From Camelus ferus (Eukaryota), in assembly GCF_009834535.1 (NCBI RefSeq), contig NC_045697.1, positions 13,702,001 through 13,766,000 of the forward strand: a DNA stretch of 64,000 nucleotides. Direction: 5' to 3'. Below the pieces are notes generated by a model. The model saw nothing but the letters and a program-made list of their open reading frames with translations. It had not been told where the DNA came from and did no database searches. Below, one piece after another: positions 39,560 to 50,960 of this stretch. The position numbers were made by a program, and so were the translations under genes. Each line of letters opens with the position of its first letter. The first letter of the stretch is position 1.

Positions 39560-40010
39560 TTGGTACTACTGAACACATTAAGCACACAGTTTTAAATAAA
39601 GTAACCATTTACAAGCGACAAGAAGCAAATGGCAATAAAATAATGCAACAGGAACGGAGAATATGAAAAACTGAAAGAGGGCTGCTGCCTTTTTAAAAGT
39701 CAAATTCTCCAATAAAATCATCAGAGCTTCTTCAAATCGCTGATATGGGCATCGCTTAGGCATCTAATTACAAAGATTCCGTTGACCAAACCACATAAAC
39801 AGAGGAGCATTTTTCCTTATTTCAGAGGGTAAGCAAACCACAAATTGTGCTGCAGGACGCTGAATACAGATAAGTTTGAAGCTGCTTCGTTTAGTCCTTA
39901 TACACGCACATCTAAATAGAAGGTCTTTGCAAGTTTAAACATTTCAGACCCAATCTTGTTTTAGTGCGTTTTAGCTTACGATATAATTGTGATTACATCG
40001 ATTTATAAAA
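39560..40010. promoter_or_regulatory. Candidate conserved non-coding element
   Basis: No repeat recognised, complex sequence, 11 CpG in 39616-40000. Conservation is inferred. Confidence 0.4.
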
Positions 40011-41019
40011 CCTCAAATATCTCTGAGTATCTCTTGGGATTTTCCTTCCTCCCTGTTTTTTCACATACTTAACCAGCACTCAGATAGTCACGCATGTCTG
40101 AAATGCCTTTCCTGCTCCTCGGACTCTCAATTTTAGACGTTACTCAAGTCCCTTATATTAAAATACCACTATGTCCATGAAACCCTCCCACTCTACCACT
40201 ACCTCCACCACCACCATCCCCAACAGAACTGGCTTCTCTCGAAAAGTGGACTTTGGCTAGAAGGCCCCATTGCAGCCTTTCCAACTTCCGACTGCAAAGT
40301 CTGCAGATAAACTGAACGTTTGGATGTGCACAAACAGAAACAGTCACAAAAGTACCCTAAACTCATTTCGACTGACAACCTAACCTCAGAATCTGAGCAG
40401 TATTTTCACAAAACTGAAGACTGATGGCCCCAAGTTAAGAAAAGCTATGACAGGTTGGCTTCTGAAGCACCTTTATAAGCCAGAGTCGCCCTGTCTACAA
40501 GAAAGAAAGTACAAATAAACTTTATTATCCATCCATTCACTGGCTCACAGCTCGCTTATTCATAAAGAGGTCTGTAGTCTTACAAGAAGATAATTCACCC
40601 AAATTCTGGGTGGGGGAGAGGAGGCAGACAGGCTTAGTGTTTGAGCTGCTAATAAGAAGCGTAAAGTAAAAAACAGGAGGCTCTTTCCCCGTCAGAGTGA
40701 TGGGCAGGGTGATAATCCATCAGGAGCAAGGACTTCTGGAAGTCAGTATAGTGTGGAAGGTTGGAGCCAGAGAGAGATGGCTGAAGGTCACAGACAAGGG
40801 AGGTGTAAACTTGAAGATGAAAGCTGCCTTTTGGACCACATTGATGGAGGGGAAAAGACGAGATGTGAGGAACCAGTTCAAAAGAATGGTTCTACAGCAC
40901 TCCCTAAACAAGAAAAAGAATCACGTACAGTCAAGCAATAAAAAGCCTATTACATCATCATCAGTGAGAGCCTAGAATCCATGGTCTGTATGAAAAGAGC
41001 AAAAGTCACGGGGCTGTAG

Positions 41020-42400
41020 ATATAATCAGGGAGAAAGATGATAACGTAAAGTTCAGAAACTAAAATATCAAAATAAAAATCTACCTAGAAAAGCTTAGTG
41101 GTAAAAATAGACACTAGAAAATTGAATCCATGGTTTACATGCCGGGGTCAGGGGTTTGGGGAAGTGCGGAAAGGGGCATTGTGAGGGCAAAATCACAGAA
41201 GACACGTTGACACATGGAGAAAAGAAAAAGAAAAACCACCCACAGCTGAGAAACAGCCCCACAGAGGCGACCAGGACAACCGGGCCGAGGATGAAGCAAT
41301 TTTATATTTGAAGAGAAATTTTTAGAGAAATTTTTAGCACATAAAATGTGTCCAAAGATGGCAGATAAAGGGAGATCAGAGTATTTGAGGCAAGACCTAA
41401 AAATAAAAAAAATCTAGAGATCTCATGTGGAGAAATGCTAAGTATAACAATAGAGAAAATAAATCCTACGTTCAGACATGCAAAAAAGAAAACAGCAGAA
41501 AGATGTATAAAAAGGGACAAAACTGAGCCGTCCTCAGACTTTCCTGTAACGTCCAATACCAGAATCTGCCAAGGAAACAGTCACAAGACTGGGATGAGAG
41601 AAAAGTTTGTGCTCCATAAATTTTTATACCCTGCAAGTTTTCATTGGTGGATAAAGCCAAAAGGAAGGAATTCTAAAATAATGCGAAGTCTCAGGAACAG
41701 AAACCACCCACATGGCTACCCAGGGGAAAAGAGCCGAAGACATTCTCTAGCTAACATTGAAATGAGTGAAAATCGAGGGTTCAATAAGAGGAAAGTATTT
41801 TGTAAAACAGATGGCAGTGAGCACAGAAATCGGTAAGGGACAATATTGAATTACTATGGTAAATATTTTTAATGAACAGAAAGCAGACATCAAAGATTAT
41901 TGAGAGACTATATAAACAGCATCAGTGATAGTAACAATTGATACCTACATTCACTTACTAATATAACTGGATGACAGAAGGCAGTAAAGTGGACGAACTG
42001 TGCTAAATTCTGTTTCATAGAGAAGGCAGAATTTTTTTTTCTCTTTGATAGCGATAGAAATAAAGTTTTAAACCATTTTTTTAATTACTTAAAAATAAGG
42101 ACTAGTTTAACCAAATCTTTAAAATGGGATGTATTTTTTCCAGATTTCTACAAAAAAATATTGCAAATAAACAGAGTTGAAGAAAGAAAATGGAGAGAGT
42201 AATTTTAAAGCATTAAATAAAATAAAATTAAAGACAAGAAGCTAACTAAATCAATTCTAATAATAAAGGAAAAGGATTCTAGTGTTTTATTAAAGGACGA
42301 GGACCCTCAAGGAAACTTATCAAGGTGAAATATTTTAAAAATGAGCAAATCCCTACATTTGAGGTAATAATGACAAGCATTAATTGACTGCCAAGGCTGT
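41020..42400 (+). mobile_element. Ancient HAL1/L1 ORF1 relic
   Basis: ORF 41435-41836 aligns colinearly by eye with the L1 ORF1p C-terminal domain (KRDKTEPSSDF ~ YKGKPIRLTADL, FLYPAS ~ ISYPAK, MRSLRN ~ KQMLRD); A-rich sense strand. Confidence 0.6.
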
Positions 42401-42882
42401 TGTGAATAGCTTACAATACTTTACAGGTAGTGGCGTATTTCGTCTTCACAGACCACTTATCAGCACTACTTTTGTTCCCATTTTACAAATGAGGAAACTA
42501 AGATGTCAATTAAATCACTGCTTGAGATGTATCTAAACTTTATAGAAAAGTATAAAAATAAACAAATATTCACCAAAGTCAAACAGTAATGTAGTAGGGA
42601 TGGCAATACTGATTTCAAACAGTTCTAAGCATTGTCATGCAATAAAAAAAAATCAGCAACAATTTTACTGTAGATATCAAAAAGTTGTTAGAAATAGTGG
42701 AAAAATCTGGAAACCAGTATAATTATAAGAGGCTTTACTACATCTCTGTTACCTTTTGACTTGTCAACTAGTCAAGAAATAAATGTCACAGACACTTTGA
42801 TGATTTTAAAGCAAACTACTACTTCTAGCCAAGTCCCAGTGTCCCTTTCAAATATCATATTTTTCTTAGAAAAATTTAAAAA

Positions 42883-43012
42883 AATTTTAAATATATATAT
42901 TTTTAGAAGGAGGTAATTAGACTTATTTATTTATTTCTTAATGGAGGTACTGGGGATTGAACCCAGGACATCATGCATGCTAAAAAGACACTTTACCACT
43001 GACCCTACCTCA
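42883..43012 (-). mobile_element. Camelid tRNA-Ala-derived SINE (vic-1 type), long-tail form
   Basis: Reverse complement reads gaggtagggtcagtggtaaagtgtctttttagcatgcatgatgtcctgggttcaatccccagtacctccattaagaaataaataaataagtctaattacctcc. Degenerate TSD cttagaa(a/t)a(a/t)ttt... at ~42865 and ~43013. Confidence 0.88.
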
Positions 43013-45599
43013 CTTAGAATATTTTGAAAAAGGAGGACATCTTCTGTTTGTTCCTGAGGCATTATTTCTTTGTATTTTATACATATTCATATGTATACAC
43101 AGGAAATTATCTAGAATGACATGAATTAAATGTTATACAAGTTTGACTTTGTTTATAAGGGTTTGTGTAGCTTTTAATAGTCTTTGTTGCATTTTCTTTC
43201 ACATTCTTTAAATCTTTAATATATCCACGTAGGATTTCTAAAAGCAGAAAATGTATCCATCTAATACTTATGCATCCAAAACTGCTTATTGAACACTTAA
43301 TTAAGTGACTGAATTGGCACTAGTAAGTAATGGCTGACCCTGATGGAAAAAACTAATATGCAAAGGAAAAGAATACAAGTTTCTTTTTCGTCAGTAAAGG
43401 ATTCATGAACTTGACTCTATGAACACAGCTGTACAAACCAGGGGGCGAAGTGGGCTAAGCTTTATGAAAAGGGCAAACATCCCTAACCACCAATTCCCAT
43501 GAAGATATCCCACTGCAATCTCCACTGATGGAGTGAAGTGAGAATTTCATCAGGTGCTTAGAGGAGCTCCACTCGCCATTCCCATGGGATAATTTGGTGC
43601 CCTCTTGGCCTCTCCCGACTGCTCTGTAGACTCTGGCTATGTGCCTATCTGGTGAGAGTAACTGTCAACAGCCCCACAACTCCTGGAGCGCTTACTCTGA
43701 AAGGTATGTCAAAGGGGATGTTGGGGCAGCTTCTGAGATCTGCGTTACCCTGGCTGACCCAGGCTGAAGATCTCTGTGAAACCTGTTCCTAAAATTAGGT
43801 GTTGGTAATTCAACAGGGGAAAAAATGCACATACCCCTGCCCTCCTGGAATTCATATTTTAGAGGAGAAACAGACATTGGATAAATAATTACCATTGTGA
43901 TGAATGAAACCAAAAAATAGGGGCTGGTTGCCACGAAAGTCTATTTTTTCCTTCCTCTACTTTCCCCTTTTGCATTGCTTATTAACCCAATATGGTGCTT
44001 GTTACCTTCTGTTTTGTTCTGTGCCTCTCTGTGAGCACATCTGTTTTCCAAGTAGTCAGTTATTTGCAGGCATCTGCTCAGCGCCTGCCTCAAATTAAAT
44101 GTTCAGTAATGTCTTGCTTGAATGAATGAAGAGAAAGCCTTAGGTCTCTCAATATGCTTTCTTTTATGAATATTTTCTATTTAGACACAATTTCAAGACA
44201 CCAGGAGCCATATTTACTTAACTAGCTTAAATCTTGCACAGACAATTCTTTAGAAGGTTTCTTTTTTTTTTTTTTTTTGGCTTGTTATTACTTAACATTA
44301 AGAAATGATGAGGTGAGAATGTTCATATACGGAAAGAGTAAAGTTAACCTTGTACTCACCTATAAAAATATGTGCTAGCAGTTTGTGATACATTTCAAGG
44401 TACCAAAAAGATTGGCATAAATACTGCTTTTGTTGTAGCAAATTTGGAAGAGAAGGGTGTATGACAAGGGATTTCTGATTCTGAAAGGAGTCGACACCCT
44501 TGTCAATGCTACAGAACATATTCTGTTCCCTGGGGTGTGACTTGGAGCCCCAGTGAATATTTTCAGATCTGTGACATACAATAATTAAGTTGGGGTCACT
44601 CCCATCAGCAATGTCATGGATAAGAGGAAGTATATTCATCCAGTCCACACACCTGGACTTGGAAAATATGCTATCTTTGGCCCAAGGATGAGGAATTAGG
44701 GTCACTGGGGAGTTTTGCTAGTACTTTTTGACAAAGATGAAAAGCCTGGGTGTTAATTGGCTTAAATCACACTGAGAGTTTGAAGTGATTGAATTCATTT
44801 GTTCACACTGAAAAATCAGCTGGGTCTTCCTTTATAACCAATGCCTAGTGTAAGGACAAGAAATGGTAAGACATCTTGTGGAGACAAAGCTATGGAGGCT
44901 TGAGCCAATAAAATCCTGTTAGACTTTGACCTCAAGGCCTGAGTGTTATATTTGGTGACAAGCAGAAAGCTCCTCTGGATTTTACATGACATGTCTTCAG
45001 TCTTCCTCAAGAGGTCCTCTGTTGCTTGCTCTGGTTTTATATCTCCTGTCCTCTGAGTCGCCCCCACCCTCCTTCTCTAACTCACTTTTCTAACTAACTC
45101 AGAAGACACATGGTGTATTATTGCATCCTGGACAGCATATCCATGGGAGGGCTTCAGAAGTAATGCTTGTGATGATTATGGTTAAGGTTGAGTTTCAATT
45201 CTGGCAGGCCTAAAATTAGGAATCAGATAAGATTACATGTGAATATGTTTTTAAGCCCAAAAAACTAACATACCATCTTTCTCTCAGCTGGATGCGAGCA
45301 ACCTAAATCATCAATAACCAGAGCCTAGATTCGGAATATTTTCAAGACTGAAATAAAATCTCTAGTCCTTGTATATGTAGGATATTCTCACACTGCTGGA
45401 GTTACTGGAGGCTATGCAACCATCACCAGTGCTAAAAAAAGTATGTCAAGATCCATCTCTTCATGTACAATCAGAAATTTATCCTATACGTCAACCTCAG
45501 CTATCACTACTGTGTGAAGGAGATGATCAGCCATTCATCAGTGGATCAGTGTCCACGCTCATAATGTCTGCTCTTCAAAAGCCTGCAACTTAATTGAAA

Positions 45600-45830
45600 A
45601 TTATAGGAAACACTGATGGAAAAACTGGCCAGAGCACAAGTCAAGCACCATGGTTGCATTATCTCACTTGTCTTCGTGTATCGCACATCATGAGAGAGAT
45701 GATGATATGCATTTTTCAGATGGTGAAGTTCAGGATCATCGTTAGTAGCAAACCCATGTCCACACAGCTAGAAATCATGTTAGAACTAGATACAGTGGAT
45801 CAGAGGAGAAAGCTACCACTTCCAGTTGGG
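45600..45830 (-). mobile_element. MIR SINE
   Basis: catttttcagatggtgaagttcagg...cccatgtccacacagctagaaa...gttagaactaga. Confidence 0.6.
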
Positions 45831-45949
45831 GTGTTACAGAAGGTTTAGGATGGGGCTCCTTTGTGAACTCAAGCTTGAAGCAATGATTTCTGTAACAAAA
45901 GAAACAGATTATTTACCGTCAAAAAGTTGAAATTTACTCCAACCCTCAT

Positions 45950-46520
45950 TCAAATGTATTCATTTATTATAATATATATATTAATATTTACTCTGTGCCA
46001 AATACTGTTCCTTGCATTGGAATGCAGCTTATATTAACTGTTTATACTAACAGCCAAAATCAATACCCTCATAATGCTTATATTCTCTTAGGGAGAAGGG
46101 CCAAGGCAATGTGCACACGAACAAGTCCATGAGACATCAGTTGGTGGGAAGTCCTTTAAAGTTGAACGAAACAGGTTCAGGGGAAGAAAGAGTGAAGGGA
46201 GAGGCAGAACTGCCGTATTTTATGTAGTTGTCAGGGAAGAACTCACCGAAATTCCACAGCCTGCGGGAGGGAGGGAGCCATTGGCATATCAGGGAAGAAT
46301 GTTTCACAAGAAGGCAATGGCCCACGGAGGCCTTGAGGCTGGCAGGAGAGTGGCCAGAAGGGAAAGATGAGATCAGACAGGGAGCTCGGACCAGGTCATT
46401 TGGAGCCTTAGTAGTAAGTACTTTTTTTTATCAAGACAACAATGTAGCATTGGGTGTGTCTGAGCAGAGGAATTACGCTTATATTTTAAAGGATCACTCT
46501 GGCTACCTCTTAAGTGATGA
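45950..46520 (-). mobile_element. L2 fragment
   Basis: tgtgccaaatactgttcc...gcttatattctcttaggg...gggagctcggaccaggtcatttggagccttagtag...tattttaaaggatcactctggct. Confidence 0.7.
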
Positions 46521-46749
46521 GTCCAGTATTACGATTTTGGACCTAAAAAGATAAGAAAATATAACCCCTTCAGGATGCACTCAGGTAGACTCACTGCAAC
46601 AGATCATTGAATCCGGTCTGTATCTTATTAGTAAAACAAACCTGTAAGTCCAGGCCGGCTGACATCGAAGTCCCCTTAGATTCACTGCAAAAACTCACAT
46701 GGAGCCTGTGAATAGTCACCTGGCTCCGTCAGAGGGTCCAAACTGGTGT

Positions 46750-47000
46750 GGTTATAAAGGAGAACAAAAGCAAGTCAGCGGCCTCAGCGGCTGAAGTGGT
46801 GTGTCCAGCGGTGGGAGGGCTCCCGCACAACGGCGCCTCTATCAGTCTCAGCCGGGGACCAGCCAGCACTAAGCGCAGGCGCCTACTGTGCCACCAGGAG
46901 ATTCCGGCTCCACAAAGAACTCGCGCCTTGCTCGCAGGCAGTGAGGACTGTGCTGTTAAGCAATCACTGTTCCCACTACCCCTCCGCGGAGCTCAGCCCC
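46750..47000. promoter_or_regulatory. Orphan mini CpG island, candidate promoter/enhancer
   Basis: 15 CpG in ~210 bp (46779-46989), NRF1-type GCGCAGGCGC at 46873-46882, TATAAAG at 46753-46759. Confidence 0.5.
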
Positions 47001-47389
47001 AGTACCTCCAGGCCAAACTTCAAGACCTCTGATCCGCACCTCCTACTGTACTTACATTTCAGACACCTCCAATTAGACGCTCAATTCTTCTCCTGGTTTC
47101 AAAAAGTGAATTATTTCTCCCAAGGGCAGCTCTATTTTTGTTCCAGCGTTCTCTTTCCTAGGATCAGCCATTATGCAAACCTCCAAGACTAGACAATTGG
47201 ACTCACTCTTCTTTAAATTCAATATCTGATGAAAACCATTCAGTCAGTTCTTCCTTTTAAAATGCTTTGCTAGTCCCTCTGCTCCTACTTCATTCAAGTT
47301 GTCACCTGTTTATATTTAAGTACCAAGAAAAAGTCCCTCTTTCCCCTAATTGTATTCAATCTCTCTCTGTTCTAATCCATCTTACACAT

Positions 47390-48562
47390 GACTGCTGGAC
47401 CCAGCTTAGGAGGTGATTTGGGTTATGGCATTCACTTAATCAAGAACCTATTACAGCTCACTGTTTCATCCAGCAAATTAAGTCAAAACCCTATTGTCTA
47501 GATTTGGAGACCCTCCCAGTCTTGTCGGTCCCCAAGTTTCGTCAAAGAAATCCTGAGCTGGACAGTAAAACAGTAAAAATCAGTTTTATTGAGGAACTCT
47601 TGCACTAGGGGAAAAGAGACCCCAGGATAGAACTGGTTGCAAAACACAAGTGGGAATTTATAGTCAAGAGGAAGGTTGGGTGCAGGGGAGGTCAGTGGAT
47701 GAAAAATTACTGAAGGGAAACATGAGGGTTGGAGTGGGGGGATTCTGGTTAAATGGGATTCTTGCTGAAGGCGGCCCAGGATGATCAGATATCACCGGGG
47801 GACCATGGGGCATGAGAAATTTGATCAGATATTGAGGAGGGTCAGATATTAGAACCTGATAATCTGGATACAGTTGATTTAGCAGGATTCTTGCTAAAAT
47901 TGGGAAAATGCAAAGACAGACACAGAAGCCCAAAGTTTGAGGCCTAATTGCGAAGAGATTTCAGAGGAGCTTGATTAAACTCTGATCAAGAAGAGCATCC
48001 TGTGGGTATCTTATCTTTTCCGTGCAATTTGCAGAATTTAGGTTCTTCTCACAGACCTCACGTATAACATGCCTACACACCTACCTCTGTCTTTCCTCTT
48101 AAGAAACTCCATCATGAATTGCCTAGTCCCTGTCTCTACCCAATTAGATCTCAGTCTTGAGAGATCTACAAAAAATCTACATCATGAAACCTTTTTGAAG
48201 TCAGCAGTTCATCATGACCCTCTTACATCTCAGAGTTTATTCTTTCAACTGATGAACTTTCATGGGACACAAACTTTATGTCAAGCCCTGAGCCACACAC
48301 TGAAAGAAACACAAAGAATACAATGAAATTCCTTTAGTGGAGACCACCAGGGGTTCTGCTATCTTCTTTTATAATAACACCCCTGAAGTTTAGCTTAATG
48401 GATGCAAGAAAAAGAAATGTACTATTTCCAGTGACATCTTAAAAAAAAGAGACAGCTGGACCCAGCTTAGGAGGTGATTTGGGTTATGGCATTCACTTAA
48501 TCAGGAACCTATTACAGCTCACTGTTTCATCCAGCAAATTAAGTCAAATCCTGTTGTCTAGA
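47390..48562 (+). repeat. ~113 bp direct repeat (47390-47502 and 48451-48562)
   Basis: Direct comparison: 4 substitutions + 1 indel; offset 1061 bp. Confidence 0.97.
47540..48004 (-). mobile_element. ERV1-class solo LTR (MER31-like)
   Basis: Minus strand reads ...tcttcttgatcagagtttaatcaagctcctctg...ttttagcaagaatcctgc...gatatctgatc...ttttcatccactgacc...ctataaattcccac...caataaaactg...tttctttgac; subfamily name from memory. Confidence 0.75.
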
Positions 48563-50149
48563 GTCTGCCTTCAACTTTTCACATCCCTCTTTGCTATGGA
48601 TGCAAACGTGGTTGTGATGTTGAAGCTGATAAACTCATCTTGGGCTATGAGGTGGACATCTTATGAAAAAGGAGGAATTGGTTTCTGGATTATTATGGAA
48701 GTCATCACCCCATGGACATGAGATAATGCTTGTCAGAAACTTAGTATGGTGGCTGGCACATGGTACATAATTAAAACATTAAAAGTGAATAATAATGATA
48801 CTGTTGATGATAAAAAGGAGGTTGATGTTGGTGGTGGAGATGACTAGGATGATCATCATGATGTTCTCATTAACAGTGAACACTTTGGAATCTGACCCTT
48901 CATCGTTCCTGGCTGTGAAAATAAAGCTGCAGGCTTAACCATGGAAATTAACCTAGATTATGTTCAACTTTCCCCACTCTTTGGGATTTAAAAAAAAAAA
49001 ACTGTCAAGCACCCTTTACTAGCTCTTTGCTAAGATCTTTTTTTCCCCCCATTTTTTTTAAGGTAGAATCCAAAAAAATGACAGAGAAAAGAGTGAGAGG
49101 CAGAAGAAAAGAGAATAAGACTTGGCCAGAGAAATTAACTGGATCTAAATAACAAAGAATTTGGTGAGTTGGTATAAGACTGAATGAAAAAGAAAGGTCT
49201 CAGAAGCTGGAACTGAAGGGACCTTGAGTGAATCCTTCTGATGCAGTTTGAAAGTAATTCAGGGTTTAAAACAAAGGGCAGAATGGAGGGAAACGCTTTG
49301 GCAAGTTTGTTGCAGGTGATGAATTGTATTGCCTGCAATGGCTTTTGAGAAATTAAATAAATATTAAATTCATTTTAAATTGCTAATAAGTGTTTAGACC
49401 GGGAACGTTTGAACTTTACTGCATGCAGAGACTGGACCATGAGGGGTGACAATTTTTATTAAGATTGCAGTAGTACAAAAATATGGATCTTTTTAAAATG
49501 GCAAGGCTGAGATTTTATTTTTTCTGCCACTATATTTAAGTATAGAATAGCATGCCTGCATATCTTTTTTAAACATTTTTTCAAAGAAGAAAGCAAATTG
49601 TGGAACACTATCCTGAATAAAATGAAATAACTGAAGAATTTAGAAAGAAACATCATGGAATTTGCCCTGTGTTTTATCAATGTATTTTTACCTCAGTGTG
49701 GAAGAAGGTGCTATACACTAGAATTACACAGAATTACTCTAATTGTAATGAATTGCAAGCTATTACCCAGTGAGGAGCACGATCTATAGTCTTAATCTCC
49801 CCACAAGAACCCATAATTGTAAAAGACACAGAGTCTCCATGTATGTGAGCCAATCAGTCTGACACCTGAAACTCAACTGTCATTGTATTTACATACTCAT
49901 CTCATGGCTGAAGAATTCTGTATATATATTATTAGATTTTGTCCCTGCCTCACTGAAAATACTGCTCATGTCAATATCAAAACAGAGACCTCCGAAATGT
50001 GAAATACTTAGTTTTCCCAGTTCTCCTGACCACTCCTTGAATGATTTTCCATTAATATACACTGACTTTCAGGTAATTAATTATTTTCTTAAACGTATGT
50101 GTCTTGTATACATAGACACATACATGCATGTGCATATGTATTTGTTAGG

Positions 50150-50330
50150 AGATGTATGTATGTATTAGGCACCGTTATTTGCTCTTTATAAATAATGATT
50201 TATTTATCCCTGTAATAATATTATGAGGTGAGTACTAAGGGTATGCCCATTTGATAAACGGGGAACTTGAGACATCACACAGCTGAGATTTGAACCACGG
50301 TATTCTACGCTGAGATCTTTGTTCCTATTC
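50150..50330 (-). mobile_element. MIR SINE
   Basis: taggcaccg...tatgaggtgagtacta...cccatttgataaacggggaacttgaga...gagatttgaacc. Confidence 0.7.
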
Positions 50331-50739
50331 GTTGTTCACTGCTCACAGCAATGGAGTGAGACCCCAGTTTTCCAGAAACTAATGCTCGGCATAAACATTG
50401 CAGCAGATGTCTCGAATGCACACCAGGCCAAGCAGACAGCATAGGCTAGTGAAGCAGATGTGTGAAGAAAAATGCTGGGAAGTCATAGCAAGTCATGACA
50501 GAAACATAAGGACGGCTGTAAATCTGAGAGCTTGAATCCCTCCACAAGCCAGCGGCCAATGTGTCTTGCAGGAGGTAGGTCCACTTTTGCTAGATCCCCC
50601 ATTTTTTCCATTTTTAAAAATCAGCTCCAAAAACTCTAAACATACTGGTGCTGAACAGACTCCTTCCTCTTTGGACCAAATCCAGCACGTGGCCCGATGG
50701 TTTTTAATCTCCCTAGCTCATCAGGTCCTTGCAAAACTG

Positions 50740-50960
50740 AAATAACATGAGCAGGAAAAGAAGATTTGGACCTAAATCCTGGCTCCAGAGTTTACTAACT
50801 CTGACCTTGACATATCATTTAACCTCTTTGAACCTCACTTTCTTCATCTCATGGATAAGATGGTGGGAATCATGCTTACCTTGCTGGATTATTGCAGAAA
50901 TTAAATGAGATCGTGCATGTAACTCAGTTAACACCATGCCCCACACGTAACACACACTTC
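50740..50960 (+). mobile_element. MIR SINE
   Basis: gatttggacctaaatcctggctcc...tgaccttgacatatcatttaacctctttgaacctcactttcttcatct...attaaatgagatcgtgcatgtaa. Confidence 0.85.

Noticed and set aside
44462-44505. 9-bp inverted repeat TGACAAGGG/CCCTTGTCA with a 26-nt loop
   Set aside because: Several such repeats are expected by chance in 64 kb
47520-47540. Possible primer-binding site next to the MER31-like LTR
   Set aside because: No convincing complementarity to a tRNA 3' end; the flank fits L2 instead
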